In this document: positions 43,441-57,500 of the stretch, one piece after another
Numbering within the stretch: position 1 is the stretch's first letter
How the letters are laid out: each line of letters starts with the position of its first letter
DNA from: the human T2T-CHM13v2.0 reference genome, Homo sapiens
Direction: 5' to 3' (one strand)
Assembly (NCBI RefSeq): GCF_009914755.1
Contig: NC_060925.1
Length of the DNA stretch: 64,000 nucleotides
The notes under the pieces: generated by a model
What the model was told of the DNA's origin: nothing
The model's database searches: none
Seen by the model: the letters and a program-made list of their open reading frames with translations, nothing else
Translations under genes and position numbers: made by a program

Positions 43441-46400
43441 ATGAAATTGAAATGGATGGACTCATCATCGAATGGATTCGAAAGGAATCATCGAATAAAA
43501 TTGATTGAAATCATCATCGAATGGAATCGAATGGTATCATTGAATGGAATCGAATGGAATCATCATCAGATGGAAATGAATGGAATCGTCATAGAATGGA
43601 ATCGAATGGATTCATTGAATGGAATCAGATGGAATCATCGAATGGACTGGAATGGAATCATTGAATGGACTCGAAAGAGATCATGATTGAATGGAATTGA
43701 ATAGAATCATCGAATGGTCTCGATTGGAATCATTATCAAATGGAATCGAATGGAATCACCGAATAGAATCGAATGGAACAATCATCGAATGGACTCAAAT
43801 GGAATTATCCTCAAATGGAATCGAATGGAATTATCGAATGCAATCGAATAGAATCATCGAATGGACTCGAATGGAATCATCGAATGGAATGGAATGGAAC
43901 AGTCAATGAACTCGAATGGAATCATCATTGAATGGAATCGAATGGAATCATCGAGTGGAATCGAATGGAATTATGATCAAATGGAATCGAATGTAATCAT
44001 CATCAAATGGAATCAAAAATAACCATCATCAATTGGTATTGAATGGAATTGTCATCAAATGGAATTCAAAGGAAACATCATCAAATGGAACCGAATGGAA
44101 TCCTCATTGAATGGAAATGAAAGGGGTCATCATCTAATGGAATCGCATGGAATCATCATCAAATGGAATCGAATGGAATCATCATCAAATGGAATCTAAT
44201 GGAATCATTCAACAGAATTGAATGGAATCGTCATCGAATGAATTGAATGCAATCATCGAATGGTCTCGAATGGAACCATCTTCTAATGGAAAGGAATGGA
44301 ATCATCGCATAGAATCGAATGGAATTGTCATCGAATGGAATCGAATGGTATCAACACCAAACGGAAAAAAACGGAATTATCGAATGGAATCGAAGAGAAT
44401 CTTCGAACGGACCCGAATGGAATCATCTAATGGAATGGAATGGAATAATCCATGGACTCGAATGCAATCATCATCGAATGGAATCGAATGGAATCATCGA
44501 ATGGACTCGAATGGAATAATCATTGAACGGAATCGAATGGAATCATCATCGGATGGAAACGAATGGAATCATCATCGGATGGGAATTAAAGGAGTCATCA
44601 TCTAATGGAATTGCATGGAATCATCGTAAAATGGAATCGAATGGAATCAACATCAAATGGAATCAAATGGAATCATTGAACGGAATTGAATGGAATCGTC
44701 ATCGAATGAATTGAATGCAATCATCGAATGGTCTCGAATGGAATCATCTTCAAATGGAATGGAATGGAATCATTGCATAGAATCGAATGGAATTATCATC
44801 GAATGGAATCGAATGGTATCAACATCAAACGGGAAAAAACGGAATTATCGAATGGAATCGAAGAGAATCTTCGAACGTACCCGAATGGAATCATCTAATG
44901 GAGTGGAATGGAATAATCCATGGACTCGAATGCAATCATCATCGAATGGAATCGAATGGAATCATCGAATGGACTCGAATGGAATAATCATTGAACGGAA
45001 TCGAATGGAATCATCATCGGATGGAAATGAATGGAAGGATCATCGAATGGAATCGAATAGAATTATGGAATGAAATCCAGTGTGATCATCATCGAATGGA
45101 CCCGAATGGAATCATCATCCAACGGAAGCTAATGGAATCAACATCGAATGAATCGAATGGAAACACCATCGAATTGAAACGAATGGAATTATCATGAAAT
45201 TGGAATGGATGGACCCATCATCGAATGGATTCGAATGGAATCATCGAATAAAATTGATTGAAATCATCATCAAATGGAATCGAATGGTGTCATTGAATGG
45301 GATCGAATGGAATCATCGTCAGATGGAAATGAATGGAATCGTCATAGAATGGAATCGAATGGATTCATTGAATGGAATCAGATGGAATCATCGAATGGAC
45401 TGGAATGGAATCATTGAATGGCCTCGAATGGAATCATTATTGAATGGAATTGAATGGAATCATCGAATGGTCTCGATTGGAATCATTATCAAATGGAATC
45501 GAATGGAATCACCGAATAGAATCGAATGGAAAAATCATCGAATTGACTCAAATGGAATTATCCTCAAATGGAATCGAATGGAATTATCGAATGCAATCGA
45601 ATGGAATTATCGAATGCAATCGAATAGAATCATCGAATGGACTCGAATGGAATCATCGAATGGAATGGAATGGAACAGTCAATGAACTCGAACGGAATCA
45701 TCATTGAATGGAATCGAATGGAATCATCGAGTGGAATCGAATGGAATTATGATCAAATGGAATCGAATGTAATCCTCATCAAATGGAATCAAAAATAACG
45801 ATCATCAATTGGTATTGAATGGAATTGTCATCAAATGGAATTGAAAGGAATCATCATCAAATGGAACCGAATGGAATCCTCATTGATTGGAAATGAAAGT
45901 GGTCATCATCTAATGGAATTGCATGGAATCATCATCAAATGGAATCGAATGGAATCATCATGAAATGGAATCTAAGGGAATCATTGAACAGAATTGAATG
46001 GAATCGTCATCGAATGAATTGAATGCAATCATCGAATGATCTCGAATGGAATCATCTTCAAATGGAAAGGAATGGAATCATCGCATAGAATCGAATGGAA
46101 TTATCATCGAATGGAATCCAATGGTATCAACATCAAACGGAAAAAAACGGAATTATGGAATGGAATCGAAGAGAATCTTCGAACGGACCCGAATGGAATC
46201 ATCTAATGGAATGGAATGGAATAATCCATGGACTCGAATGCAATCATCATCAAATGGAATCGAACGGAATCATCGAATGGACTCGAATGGAATAATCATT
46301 GAACGGAATCGAATGGAATCATCATCGGATGGAAACGAATGGAATCATCATCGAATGGAAATGAAAGGAGTCATCATCTAATGGAATTGCATGGAATCAT

Positions 46401-49400
46401 CATAAAATGGTATCGAATGGAATCAACATCAAATGGAATCAAATGGAATCATTGAATGGAATTGAATGGAATCGTCATCGAATGAATTGAATGCAATCAT
46501 CGAATGGTCTCGAATGGAATCATCTTCTAATGGAAAGGAATGGAATCATCGCATAGAATCGAATGGAATTATCATCGAATGGAATCGAATGGTATCAACA
46601 CCAAACGGAAAAAAACGGAATTATCGAATGGAATCGAAGAGAATCTTCGAACGGACCCGAATGGAATCATCTAATGGAATGGAATGGAATAATCCATGGA
46701 CTCGAATGCAATAATCATCGAATGGAATGGAATGGAATCATCGAATGGACTCGAATGGAATAATCATTGAACGGAATCGAATGGAATCATCATCGGATGG
46801 AAACGAATGGAATCATCATCGAATGGAAATGAAAGGAGTCATCATCTAATGGAATTGCATGGAATCATCATAAAATGGAATCGAATGGAATCAACATCAA
46901 ATGGAATCAAATGGAATCATTGAACGAAATTGAATGGAATCGTCATCGAATGAATTGACTGCAATCATCGAATGGTCTCGAATGGAATCATCTTCAAATG
47001 GAATGGAATGGAATGATCGCATAGAATCGAATGGAATTATCATCGAATGGAATCGAATGGAATCAACATCAAACGGAAAAAAACGGAATTATCGAATGGA
47101 ATCGAAGAGAATCATCGAATGGACCCGAATGGAATCATCTAATGGAATGGAATGGAATAATCCATGGACTCGAATGCAATCATCATCGAATGGAATCGAA
47201 TGGAATCATCGAATGGACTCGAATGGAATAATCATTGAACGGAATCGAATGGAATCATCATCGGATGGAAATGAATGGAATCATCATCGAATGGAATCGA
47301 ATAGAATTATGGAATGAAATCCAGTGTGATCATCATCGAATGGACCCGAATGGAATCATCATCCAACGGAAGCTAATGGAATCAACATCGAATGAATCGA
47401 ATGGAAACACCATCGAATTGAAACGAATGGAATTATCATGAAATTGAAATGGATGGACTCATCATCGAATGGATTCGAATCGAATCATCGAATAAAATTG
47501 ATTGAAATCATCATCAAATGGAATCGAATGGTATCATTGAATGGAATCGAATGGAATCATCATCAGATGGAAATGAATGGAATCGTCATAGAATGGAATC
47601 GAATGGATTCATTGAATGGAATCAGATGGAATCATCGAATGGACTGGAATGGAATCATTGAATGGACTTGAAAGGGATCATTATTGAATGGAATTGAATG
47701 GAATCATCGAATGGTCTCGATTGGAATCATTACCAAATGGAATCGAATGGAATCACCGAATAGAATCGAATGGAACAATCATCGAATGGACTCAAATGGA
47801 ATTATCCTCAAATGGAATCGAATGGAATTATCGAATGCAATCGAATAGAATCATCGAAAGGACTCGAATGGAATCATCGAATGGAATGGAATGGAACAGT
47901 CAATGAACTCGAATGGAATCATCATTGAATGGAATCGAATGGAATCATCGAGTGGAATTGAATGGAATTATGATCAAATGGAATCGAATGTAATCATCAT
48001 CAAATGGAATCAAAAATAACCATCATCAATTGGTATTGAATGGAATTGTCATCAAATGGAATTCAAAGGAATCAATATCAAATGGAACCGAATGGAATCC
48101 TCATTGAATGGAAATGAAAGGGGTCATCATCTAATGGAATCGCATGGAATCATCATCAAATGGAATCGAATGGAATCATCATCAAATGGAATCTAATGGA
48201 ATCATTGAACAGAATTGAATGGAATCGTCATCGAATGAATTGAATGCAATCATCGAATGGTCTCGAATGGAATCATCTTCTAATGGAAAGGAATGGAATC
48301 ATCGCATAGAATCGAATGGAATTATCATCGAATGGAATCGAATGGTATCAACACCAAACGGAAAAAAACGGAATTATCGAATTGAATCGAAGAGAATCTT
48401 CGAACGGACCCGAATGGAATCATCTAATTGAATGGAATGGAATAATCCATGGACTCGAATGCAATCATCATCGAATGGAATCGAATGGAATCATCGAATG
48501 GACTCGAATGGAATAATCATTGAACGGAATCGAATGGAATCATCATCGGATGGAAACGAATGGAATCATCATCGAATGGAAATGAAAGGAGTCATCATCT
48601 AATGGAATTTCATGGAATCATCATAAAATGGAATCGAATGGAATCAACATCAAATGGAATCAAATGGAATCATTGAACGGAATTGAATGGAATCGTCATC
48701 GAATGAATTGACTGCAATCATCGAATGGTCTCGAATGGAATCATCTTCAAATGGAATGGAATGGAATCATCGCATAGAATCGAATGGAATTATCATCGAA
48801 TGGAATCGAATGGAATCAACATCAAACGGAAAAAAACAGAATTATCGTATGGAATCGAAGAGAATCATCGAATGGACCCGAATGGAATCATCTAATGGAA
48901 TGGAATGGAATAATCCATGGACTCGAATGCAATCATCATCGAATGGAATCGAATGGAATCATCGAATGGACTCGAATGGAATAATCATTGAACGGAATCG
49001 AATGGAATCATCATCGGATGGAAATGAATGGAATCATCATCGAATGGAATCGAATAGAATTATGGAATGAAATCCAGTGTGATCATCATCGAATGGACCC
49101 GAATGGAATCATCATCCAACGGAAGCTAATGGAATCAACATCGAATGAATCGAATGGAAACACCATCGAATTGAAACGAATGGAATTATCATGAAATTGA
49201 AATGGATGGACTCATCATCGAATGGATTCGAATGGAATCATCGAATAAAATTGATTGAAATCATCATCCAATGGAATCGAATGGTATCATTGAATGGAAT
49301 CGAATGGAATCTTCATCAGATGGAAATGAATGGAATCGTCATAGAATGGAATCGAATGGATTCATTGAATGGAATCAGATGGAATCATCGAATGGACTGG

Positions 49401-52400
49401 AATGGAATCATTGAATGGACTCGAAAGGGATCATGATTGAATGGAATTGAATGGAATCATCGAATGGTCTCGATTGGAATCATTATCAAATGGAATCGAA
49501 TGGAATCACCGAATAGAATCGAATGGAACAATCATCGAATGGACTCAAATGGAATTATCCTCAAATGGAATTGAATGGAATTATCGAATGCAATCGAATG
49601 GAATTATCGAATGCAATCGAATAGAATCATCGAATGGACTCGAATGGAATCATCGAATGGAATGGAATGGAACAGTCAATGAACTCGAATGGAATCATCA
49701 TTGAATGGAATCGAATGGAATCATCGAGTGGAATCAAATGGAATTATGATCAAATGGAATCGAATGTAATCATCATCAAATGGAATCAAAAATAACCATC
49801 ATCAATTGGTATTGAATGGAATTGTCATCAAATGGAATTCAAAGGAATCATCATCAAATGGAACCGAATGGAATCCTCATTGAATGGAAATGAAAGGGGT
49901 CATCATCTAATGGAATCGCATGGAATCATCATCAAATGGAATCGAATGGAATCATCATCAAATGGAATCTAATGGAATCATTGAACAGAATTGAATGGAA
50001 TCGTCATCGAATGAATTGAATGCAATCATCGAATGGTCTCGAATGGAATCATCTTCTAATGGAAAGGAATGGAATCATCGCATAGAATCGAATGGAATTA
50101 TCATCGAATGGAATCGAATGGTATCAACACCAAACGGAAAAAAACGGAATTATCGAATGGAATCGAAGAGAATCTTCGAACGGACCCGAATGGAATCATC
50201 TAATGGAATGGAATGGAATAATCCATGGACTCGAATGCAATCATCATCGAATGGAATGGAATGGAATCATCGAATGGACTCGAATGGAATAATCATTGAA
50301 CGGAATCGAATGGAATCATCATCGGATGGAAACGAATGGAATCATCATCGAATGGAAATGAAAGGAGTCATCATCTAATGGAATTGCATGGAATCATCAT
50401 AAAATGGAATCGAATGGAATCAACATCAAATGGAATCAAATGGAATCATTGAACGGAATTGAATGGAATCGTCATCGAATGAATTGACTGCAATCATCCA
50501 ATGGTCGCGAATGGAATCATCTTCAAATGGAATGGAATGGAATCATCGCATAGAATCGAATGGAATTATCATCGAATGGAATCGAATGGAATCAACATCC
50601 AACGGAAAAAAACGGAATTATCGAATGGAATCGAAGAGAATCATCGAATGGACCCGAATGGAATCATCTAATGGAATGGAATGGAATAATCCATGGACTC
50701 GAATGCAATCATCATCGAATGGAATCGAATGGAATCATCGAATGGACTCGAATGGAATAATCATTGAACGGCATCGAATGGAATCATCATCGGATGGAAA
50801 TGAATGGAATCATCATCGAATGGAATCGAATAGAATTATGGAATGAAATCCAGTGTGATCATCATCGAATGGACCCGAATGGAATCATCATTCAACGGAA
50901 GCTAATGGAATCAACATCGAATGAATCAAATGGAAACACCATCGAATTGAAACGAATGGAATTATCATGAAATTGAAATGGATGGACTCATCATCGAATG
51001 GATTCGAATGGAATCATCGAATAAAATTGATTGAAATCATCATCGAATGGAATCCAATGGTATCATTGAATGGAATCGAATGGAATCATCATCAGATGGA
51101 AATGAATGGAATCGTCATAGAATGGAATCGAATGGATTCATTGAATGGAATCAGATGGAATCATCGAATGGACTGGAATGGAATCATTGAATGGACTCGA
51201 AAGGGATCATGATTGAATGGAATTGAATGGAATCATCGAATGGTCTCGATTGGAATCATTATCAAATGGAATCGAATGGAATCACCGAATAGAATCGAAT
51301 GGAACAATCATCGAATGGACTCAAATGGAATTATCCTCAAATGGAATCGAATGGAATTATCGAATGCAATCGAATGGAATTATCGATTGCAATCGAATAG
51401 AATCATCGAATGGACTCGAATGGAATCATCGAATGGAATGGAATGGAAAAGTCAATGAACTCGAATGGAATCATCATTGAATGGAATCGAATGGAATCAT
51501 CGAGTGGAATCGAATGGAATTATGATCAAATGGAATCGAATGTAATCATCATCAAATGGAATCAAAAATAACCATCATCAATTGCTATTGAATGGAATTG
51601 TCATCAAATGGAATTCAAAGGAATCATCATCAAATGGAACCGAATGGAATCCTCATTGAATGGAAATGAAAGGGGTCATCATCTAATGGAATCGCATGGA
51701 ATCATCATCAAATGGAATCGAATGGAATCATCATCAAATGGAATCTAATGGAATCATTGAACAGAATTGAATGGAATCGTCATCGAATGAATTGAATGCA
51801 ATCATCGAATGGTCTCGAATGGAATCATCTTCTAATGGAAAGGAATGGAATCATCGCATAGAATCGAATGGAATTATCATCGAATGGAATCGAATGGTAT
51901 CAACACCAAACGGAAAAAAACGGAATTATCGAATGGAATCGAAGAGAATCTTCGAACGGACCCGAATGGAATCATCTAATGGAATGGAATGGAATAATCC
52001 ATGGACTCGAATGCAATCATCATCGAATGGAATCGAATGGAATCATCGAATGGACTCGAATGGAATAATCATTGAACGGAATCGAATGGAATCATCATCG
52101 GATGGAAACGAATGGAATCATCATCGAATGGAAATGAAAGGAGTCATCATCTAATGGAATTGCATGGAATCATCATAAAATGGAATCGAATGGAATCAAC
52201 ATCAAATGGAATCAAATGGAATCATTGAACGGAATTGAATGGAATCGTCATCGAATGAATTGACTGCAATCATCGAATGGTCTCGAATGGAATCAACTTC
52301 AAATGGAATGGAATGGAATCATCGCATAGAATCGAATGGAATTATCATCGAATGGAATCGAATGGAATCAACATCAAACGGAAAAAAACGGAATTATCGA

Positions 52401-54518
52401 ATGGAATCGAAGAGAATCATCGAATGGACCCGAATGGAATCATCTAATGGAATGGAATGGAATAATCCATGGACTCGAATGCAATCATCATCGAATGGAA
52501 TCGAATGGAATCATCGAATGGACTCGAATGGAATAATCATTGAACGGAATCGAATGGAATCATCATCGGATGGAAATGAATGGAATCATCATCGAATGGA
52601 ATCGTATAGAATTATGGAATGAAATCCAGTGTGATCATCATCGAATGGACCCGAATGGAATCATCATCCAACGGAAGCTAATGGAATCAACATCGAATGA
52701 ATCGAATGGAAACACCATCGAATTGAAACGAATGGAATTATCATGAAATTGAAATGGATGGACTCATCATCGAATGGATTCGAATGGAATCATCGAATAA
52801 AATTGATTGAAATCATCATCCAATGGAATCAAATGGTATCATTGAATGGAATCGAATGGAATCATCATCAGATGGAAATGAATGGAATCGTCATAGAATG
52901 GAATCGAATGGATTCATTGAATGGAATCAGATGGAATCATCGAATGGACTGGAATGGAATCATTGAATGGACTCGAAAGGGATCATTATTGAATGGAATT
53001 GAATGGAATCATCGAATGGTCTCGATTGGAATCATTATCAAATGGAATGGAATGGAATCACCGAATAGAATCGAATGGAACAATCATCGAATGGACTCAA
53101 ATGGAATTATCCTCCAATGGAATCGAATGGAATTATCAAATGCAATCGAATGGAATTATCGAATGCAATCGAATAGAATCATCGAATGGACTCGAATGGA
53201 ATCATCGAATGGAATGGAATGGAACAGTCAATGAACTCGAATGGAATCATCATTGAATGGAATCGAATGGAATCATCGAGTGGAATCGAAAGAAATTATG
53301 ATCAAATGGAAGCGAACGTAATCATCATCAAATGGAATCAAAAATAACCATCATCAATTGGTATTGAATGGAATTGTCATCAAATGGAATTCAAAGGAAT
53401 CATCATCAAATGGAACCGAATGGAATCCTCATTGAATGGAAATGAAAGGGGTCATCATCTAATGGAATCGCATGGAATCATCATCAAATGGAATCGAATG
53501 GAATCATCATCAAATGGAATCTAATGGAATCATTGAACAGAATTGAATGGAATCGTCATCGAATGAATTGAATGCAATCATCGAATGGTCTCGAATGGAA
53601 TCATCTTCTAATGGAAAGGAATGGAATATTCGCATAGAATCGAATGGAATTATCATCGAATGGAATCGAATGGTATCAACAGCAAACGGAAAAAAACGGA
53701 ATTATCGAATGGAATCGAAGAGAATCTTCGAACGGACCCGAATGGAATCATCTAATGGAATGGAATGGAATAATCCATGGACTCGAATGCAATCATCATC
53801 GAATGGAATGGAATGGAATCATCGAATGGACTCGAATGGAATAATCATTGAACGGAATCGAATGGAATCATCATCGGATGGAAAAGAATGGAATCATCAT
53901 CGAATGGAAATGAAAGGAGTCATCATCTAATGGAATTGCATGGAATCATCATAAAATGGAATCGAATGGAATCAACATCAAATGGAATCAAATGGAATCA
54001 TTGAACGGAATTGAATGGAATCGTCATCGAATGAATTGACTGCAATCATCGAATGGTCTCGAATGGAATCATCTTCAAATGGAATGGAATGGAATCATCG
54101 CATAGAATCGAATGGAATTATCATCGAATGGAATCGAATGGAATCAACATCAAACGGAAAAAAACGGAATTATCGAATGGAATCGAAGAGAATCATCGAA
54201 TGGACCCGAATGGAATCATCTAATGGAATGGAATGGAATAATCCATGGACTCGAATGCAATCATCATCGAATGGAATCGAATGGAATCATCGAATGGACT
54301 CGAATGGAATAATCATTGAACGGAATCGAATGGAATCATCATCGGATGGAAATGAATGGAATCATCATCGAATGGAATCGAATAGAATTATGGAATGAAA
54401 TCCAGTGTGATCATCATCGAATGGACCCGAATGGAATCATCATCCAACGGAAGCTAATGGAATCAACATCGAATGAATCGAATGGAAACACCATCGAATT
54501 GAAACGAATGGAATTATC
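43441..54518 (+). repeat. Block of units 1753, 2244, 1753, 1776, 1776, 1776 bp; the first part duplicates 5405 to about 13400 at +38,036
   Basis: Anchors at 43441, 45194, 47438, 49191, 50967, 52743 and 54519. Private variants are shared with the left copy: attcaacaga, gggaaaaaac, aattggaatggatggaccc, aacgatcatc, ggtcgcgaatgg, ggcatcgaa, tatcgattgc. Confidence 0.92.
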
Positions 54519-57500
54519 ATGAAATTGAAATGGATGGACTCATCATCGAATGGATTCGAATGGAATCATCGAATAAAATTGATTGAAATCATCATCCAAT
54601 GGAATCGAATGGTATCATTGAATGGAATCGAATGGAATCATCATCAGATGGAAATGAATGGAATCGTCATAGAATGGAATCGAATGGATTCATTGAATGG
54701 AATCAGATGGAATCATCGAATGGACTGGAATGGAATCATTGAATGGACTCGAAAGGGATCATTATTGAATGGAATTGAATGGAATCATCGAATGGTCTCG
54801 ATTGGAATCATTATCAAATGGAATGGAATGGAATCACCGAATAGAATCGAATGGAACAATCATCGAATGGACTCAAATGGAATTATCCTCCAATGGAATC
54901 GAATGGAATTATCGAATGCAATCGAATGGAATTATCGAATGCAATTGAATAGAATCATCGAATGGACTCGAATGGAATCATCGAATGGAATATAATGGAA
55001 CAGTCAATGAACTCGAATGGAATCATCATTGAATGGAATCGAATGGAATCATCGAGTGGAATCGAATGGAATTATGATCAAATGGAATCGAATGTAATCC
55101 TCATCAAATGGAATCAAAAATAACCATCATCAATTGGTATTGAATGGAATTGTCATCAAATGGAATTCAAAGGAATCATCATCAAATGGAACCGAATGGA
55201 ATCCTCATTGAATGGAAATGAAAGGGGTCATCATCTAATGGAATCGCATGGAATCATCATCAAATGGAATCGAATGGAATCATCATCAAATGGAATCTAA
55301 TGGAATCATTGAACAGAATTGAATGGAATCGTCATCGAATGAATTGAATGCAATCATCGAATGGTCTCGAATGGAATCATCTTCTAATGGAAAGGAATGG
55401 AATCATCGCATAGAATCGAATGGAATTATCATCGAATGGAATCGAATGGAATCAACATCAAACGGAAAAAAACGGAATTATCGAATGGAATCGAAGAGAA
55501 TCATCGAATGGACCCGAATGGAATCATCTAATGGAATGGAATGGAATAATCCATGGAGTCGAATGCAATCATCATCGAATGGAATCGAATGGAATCATCG
55601 AATGGACTCGAATGGAATAATCATTGAACGGAATCGAATGGAATCATCATCGGATGGAAATGAATGGAATCATCATCGAATGGAATCGAATAGAATTATG
55701 GAATGAAATCCAGTGTGATCATCATCGAATGGACCCGAATGGAATCATCATCCAACGGAAGCTAATGGAATCAACATCGAATGAATCGAATGGAAACACC
55801 ATCGAATTGAAACGAATGGAATTATCATGAAATTGAAATGGATGGACTCATCATCGAATGGATTCGAATGGAATCATCGAATAAAATTGATTGAAATCAT
55901 CATCCAATGGAATCGAATGGTATCATTGAATGGAATCGAATGGAATCATCATCAGATGGAAATGAATGGAATCGTCATAGAATGGAATCGAATGGATTCA
56001 TTGAATGGAATCAGATGGAATCATCGAATGGACTGGAATGGAATCATTGAATGGACTCGAAAGGGATCATGATTGAATGGAATTGAATGGAATCATCGAA
56101 TGGTCTCGATTGGAATCATTATCAAATGGAATCGAATGGAATCACCGAATAGAATCGAATGGAACAATCATCGAATGGACTCAAATGGAATTATCCTCCA
56201 ATGGAATCGAATGGAATTATCGAATGCAATCGAATGGAATTATCGAATGCAATCGAATAGAATCATCGAATGGACTCGAATGGAATCATCGAATGGAATG
56301 GAATGGAACAGTCAATGAACTCGAATGGAATCATCATTGAATGGAATCGAATGGAATCATCGAGTGGAATCGAATGGAATTATGATCAAATGGAATCGAA
56401 TGTAATCCTCATCAAATGGAATCAAAAATAACCATCATCAATTGGTATTGAATGGAATTGTCATCAAATGGAATTCAAAGGAATCATCATCAAATGGAAC
56501 CGAATGGAATCCTCATTGAATGGAAATGAAAGGGGTCATCATCTAATGGAATCGCATGGAATCATCATCAAATGGAATCGAATGGAATCATCATCAAATG
56601 GAATCTAATGGAATCATTGAACAGAATTGAATGGAATCGTCATCGAATGAATTGAATGCAATCATCGAATGGTCTCGAATGGAATCATCTTCTAATGGAA
56701 AGGAATGGAATCATCGCATAGAATCGAATGGAATTATCATCGAATGGAATCGAATGGTATCAACACCAAACGGAAAAAAACGGAATTATCGAATGGAATC
56801 GAAGAGAATCTTCGAACGGACCCGAATGGAATCATCTAATGGAATGGAATGGAATAATCCATGGACTCGAATGCAATCATCATCGAATGGAATCGAATGG
56901 AATCATCGAATGGACTCGAATGGAATAATCATTGAACGGAATCGAATGGAATCATCATCGGATGGAAACGAATGGAATCATCATCGAATGGGAATGAAAG
57001 GAGTCATCATCTAATGGAATTGCATGGAATCATCATAAAATGGAATCGAATGGAATCAACATCAAATGGAATCAAATGGAATCATTGAACGGAATTGAAT
57101 GGAATCGTCATCGAATGAATTGAATGCAATCATCGAATGGTCTCGAATGGAATCATCTTCAAATGGAATGGAATGGAATCATCGCATAGAATCGAATGGA
57201 ATTATCATCGAATGGAATCGAATGGAATCAACACCAAACGGAAAAAAACGGAATTATCAAATGGAATCGAAGAGAATCATCGAATGGACCCAAATGGAAT
57301 CATCTAACGGAATGGAATGGAATAATCCATGGACTCGAATGCAATCATCATCGAATGGAATCGAATGGAATCATCGAATGGACTCGAATGGAATAATCAT
57401 TGAACGGAATCAAATGGAATCATCATCGGATGGAAATGAATGGAATCGTCATCGAATGGAATCGAATAGAATTATGGAATGAAATCCAGTGTGATCATCA

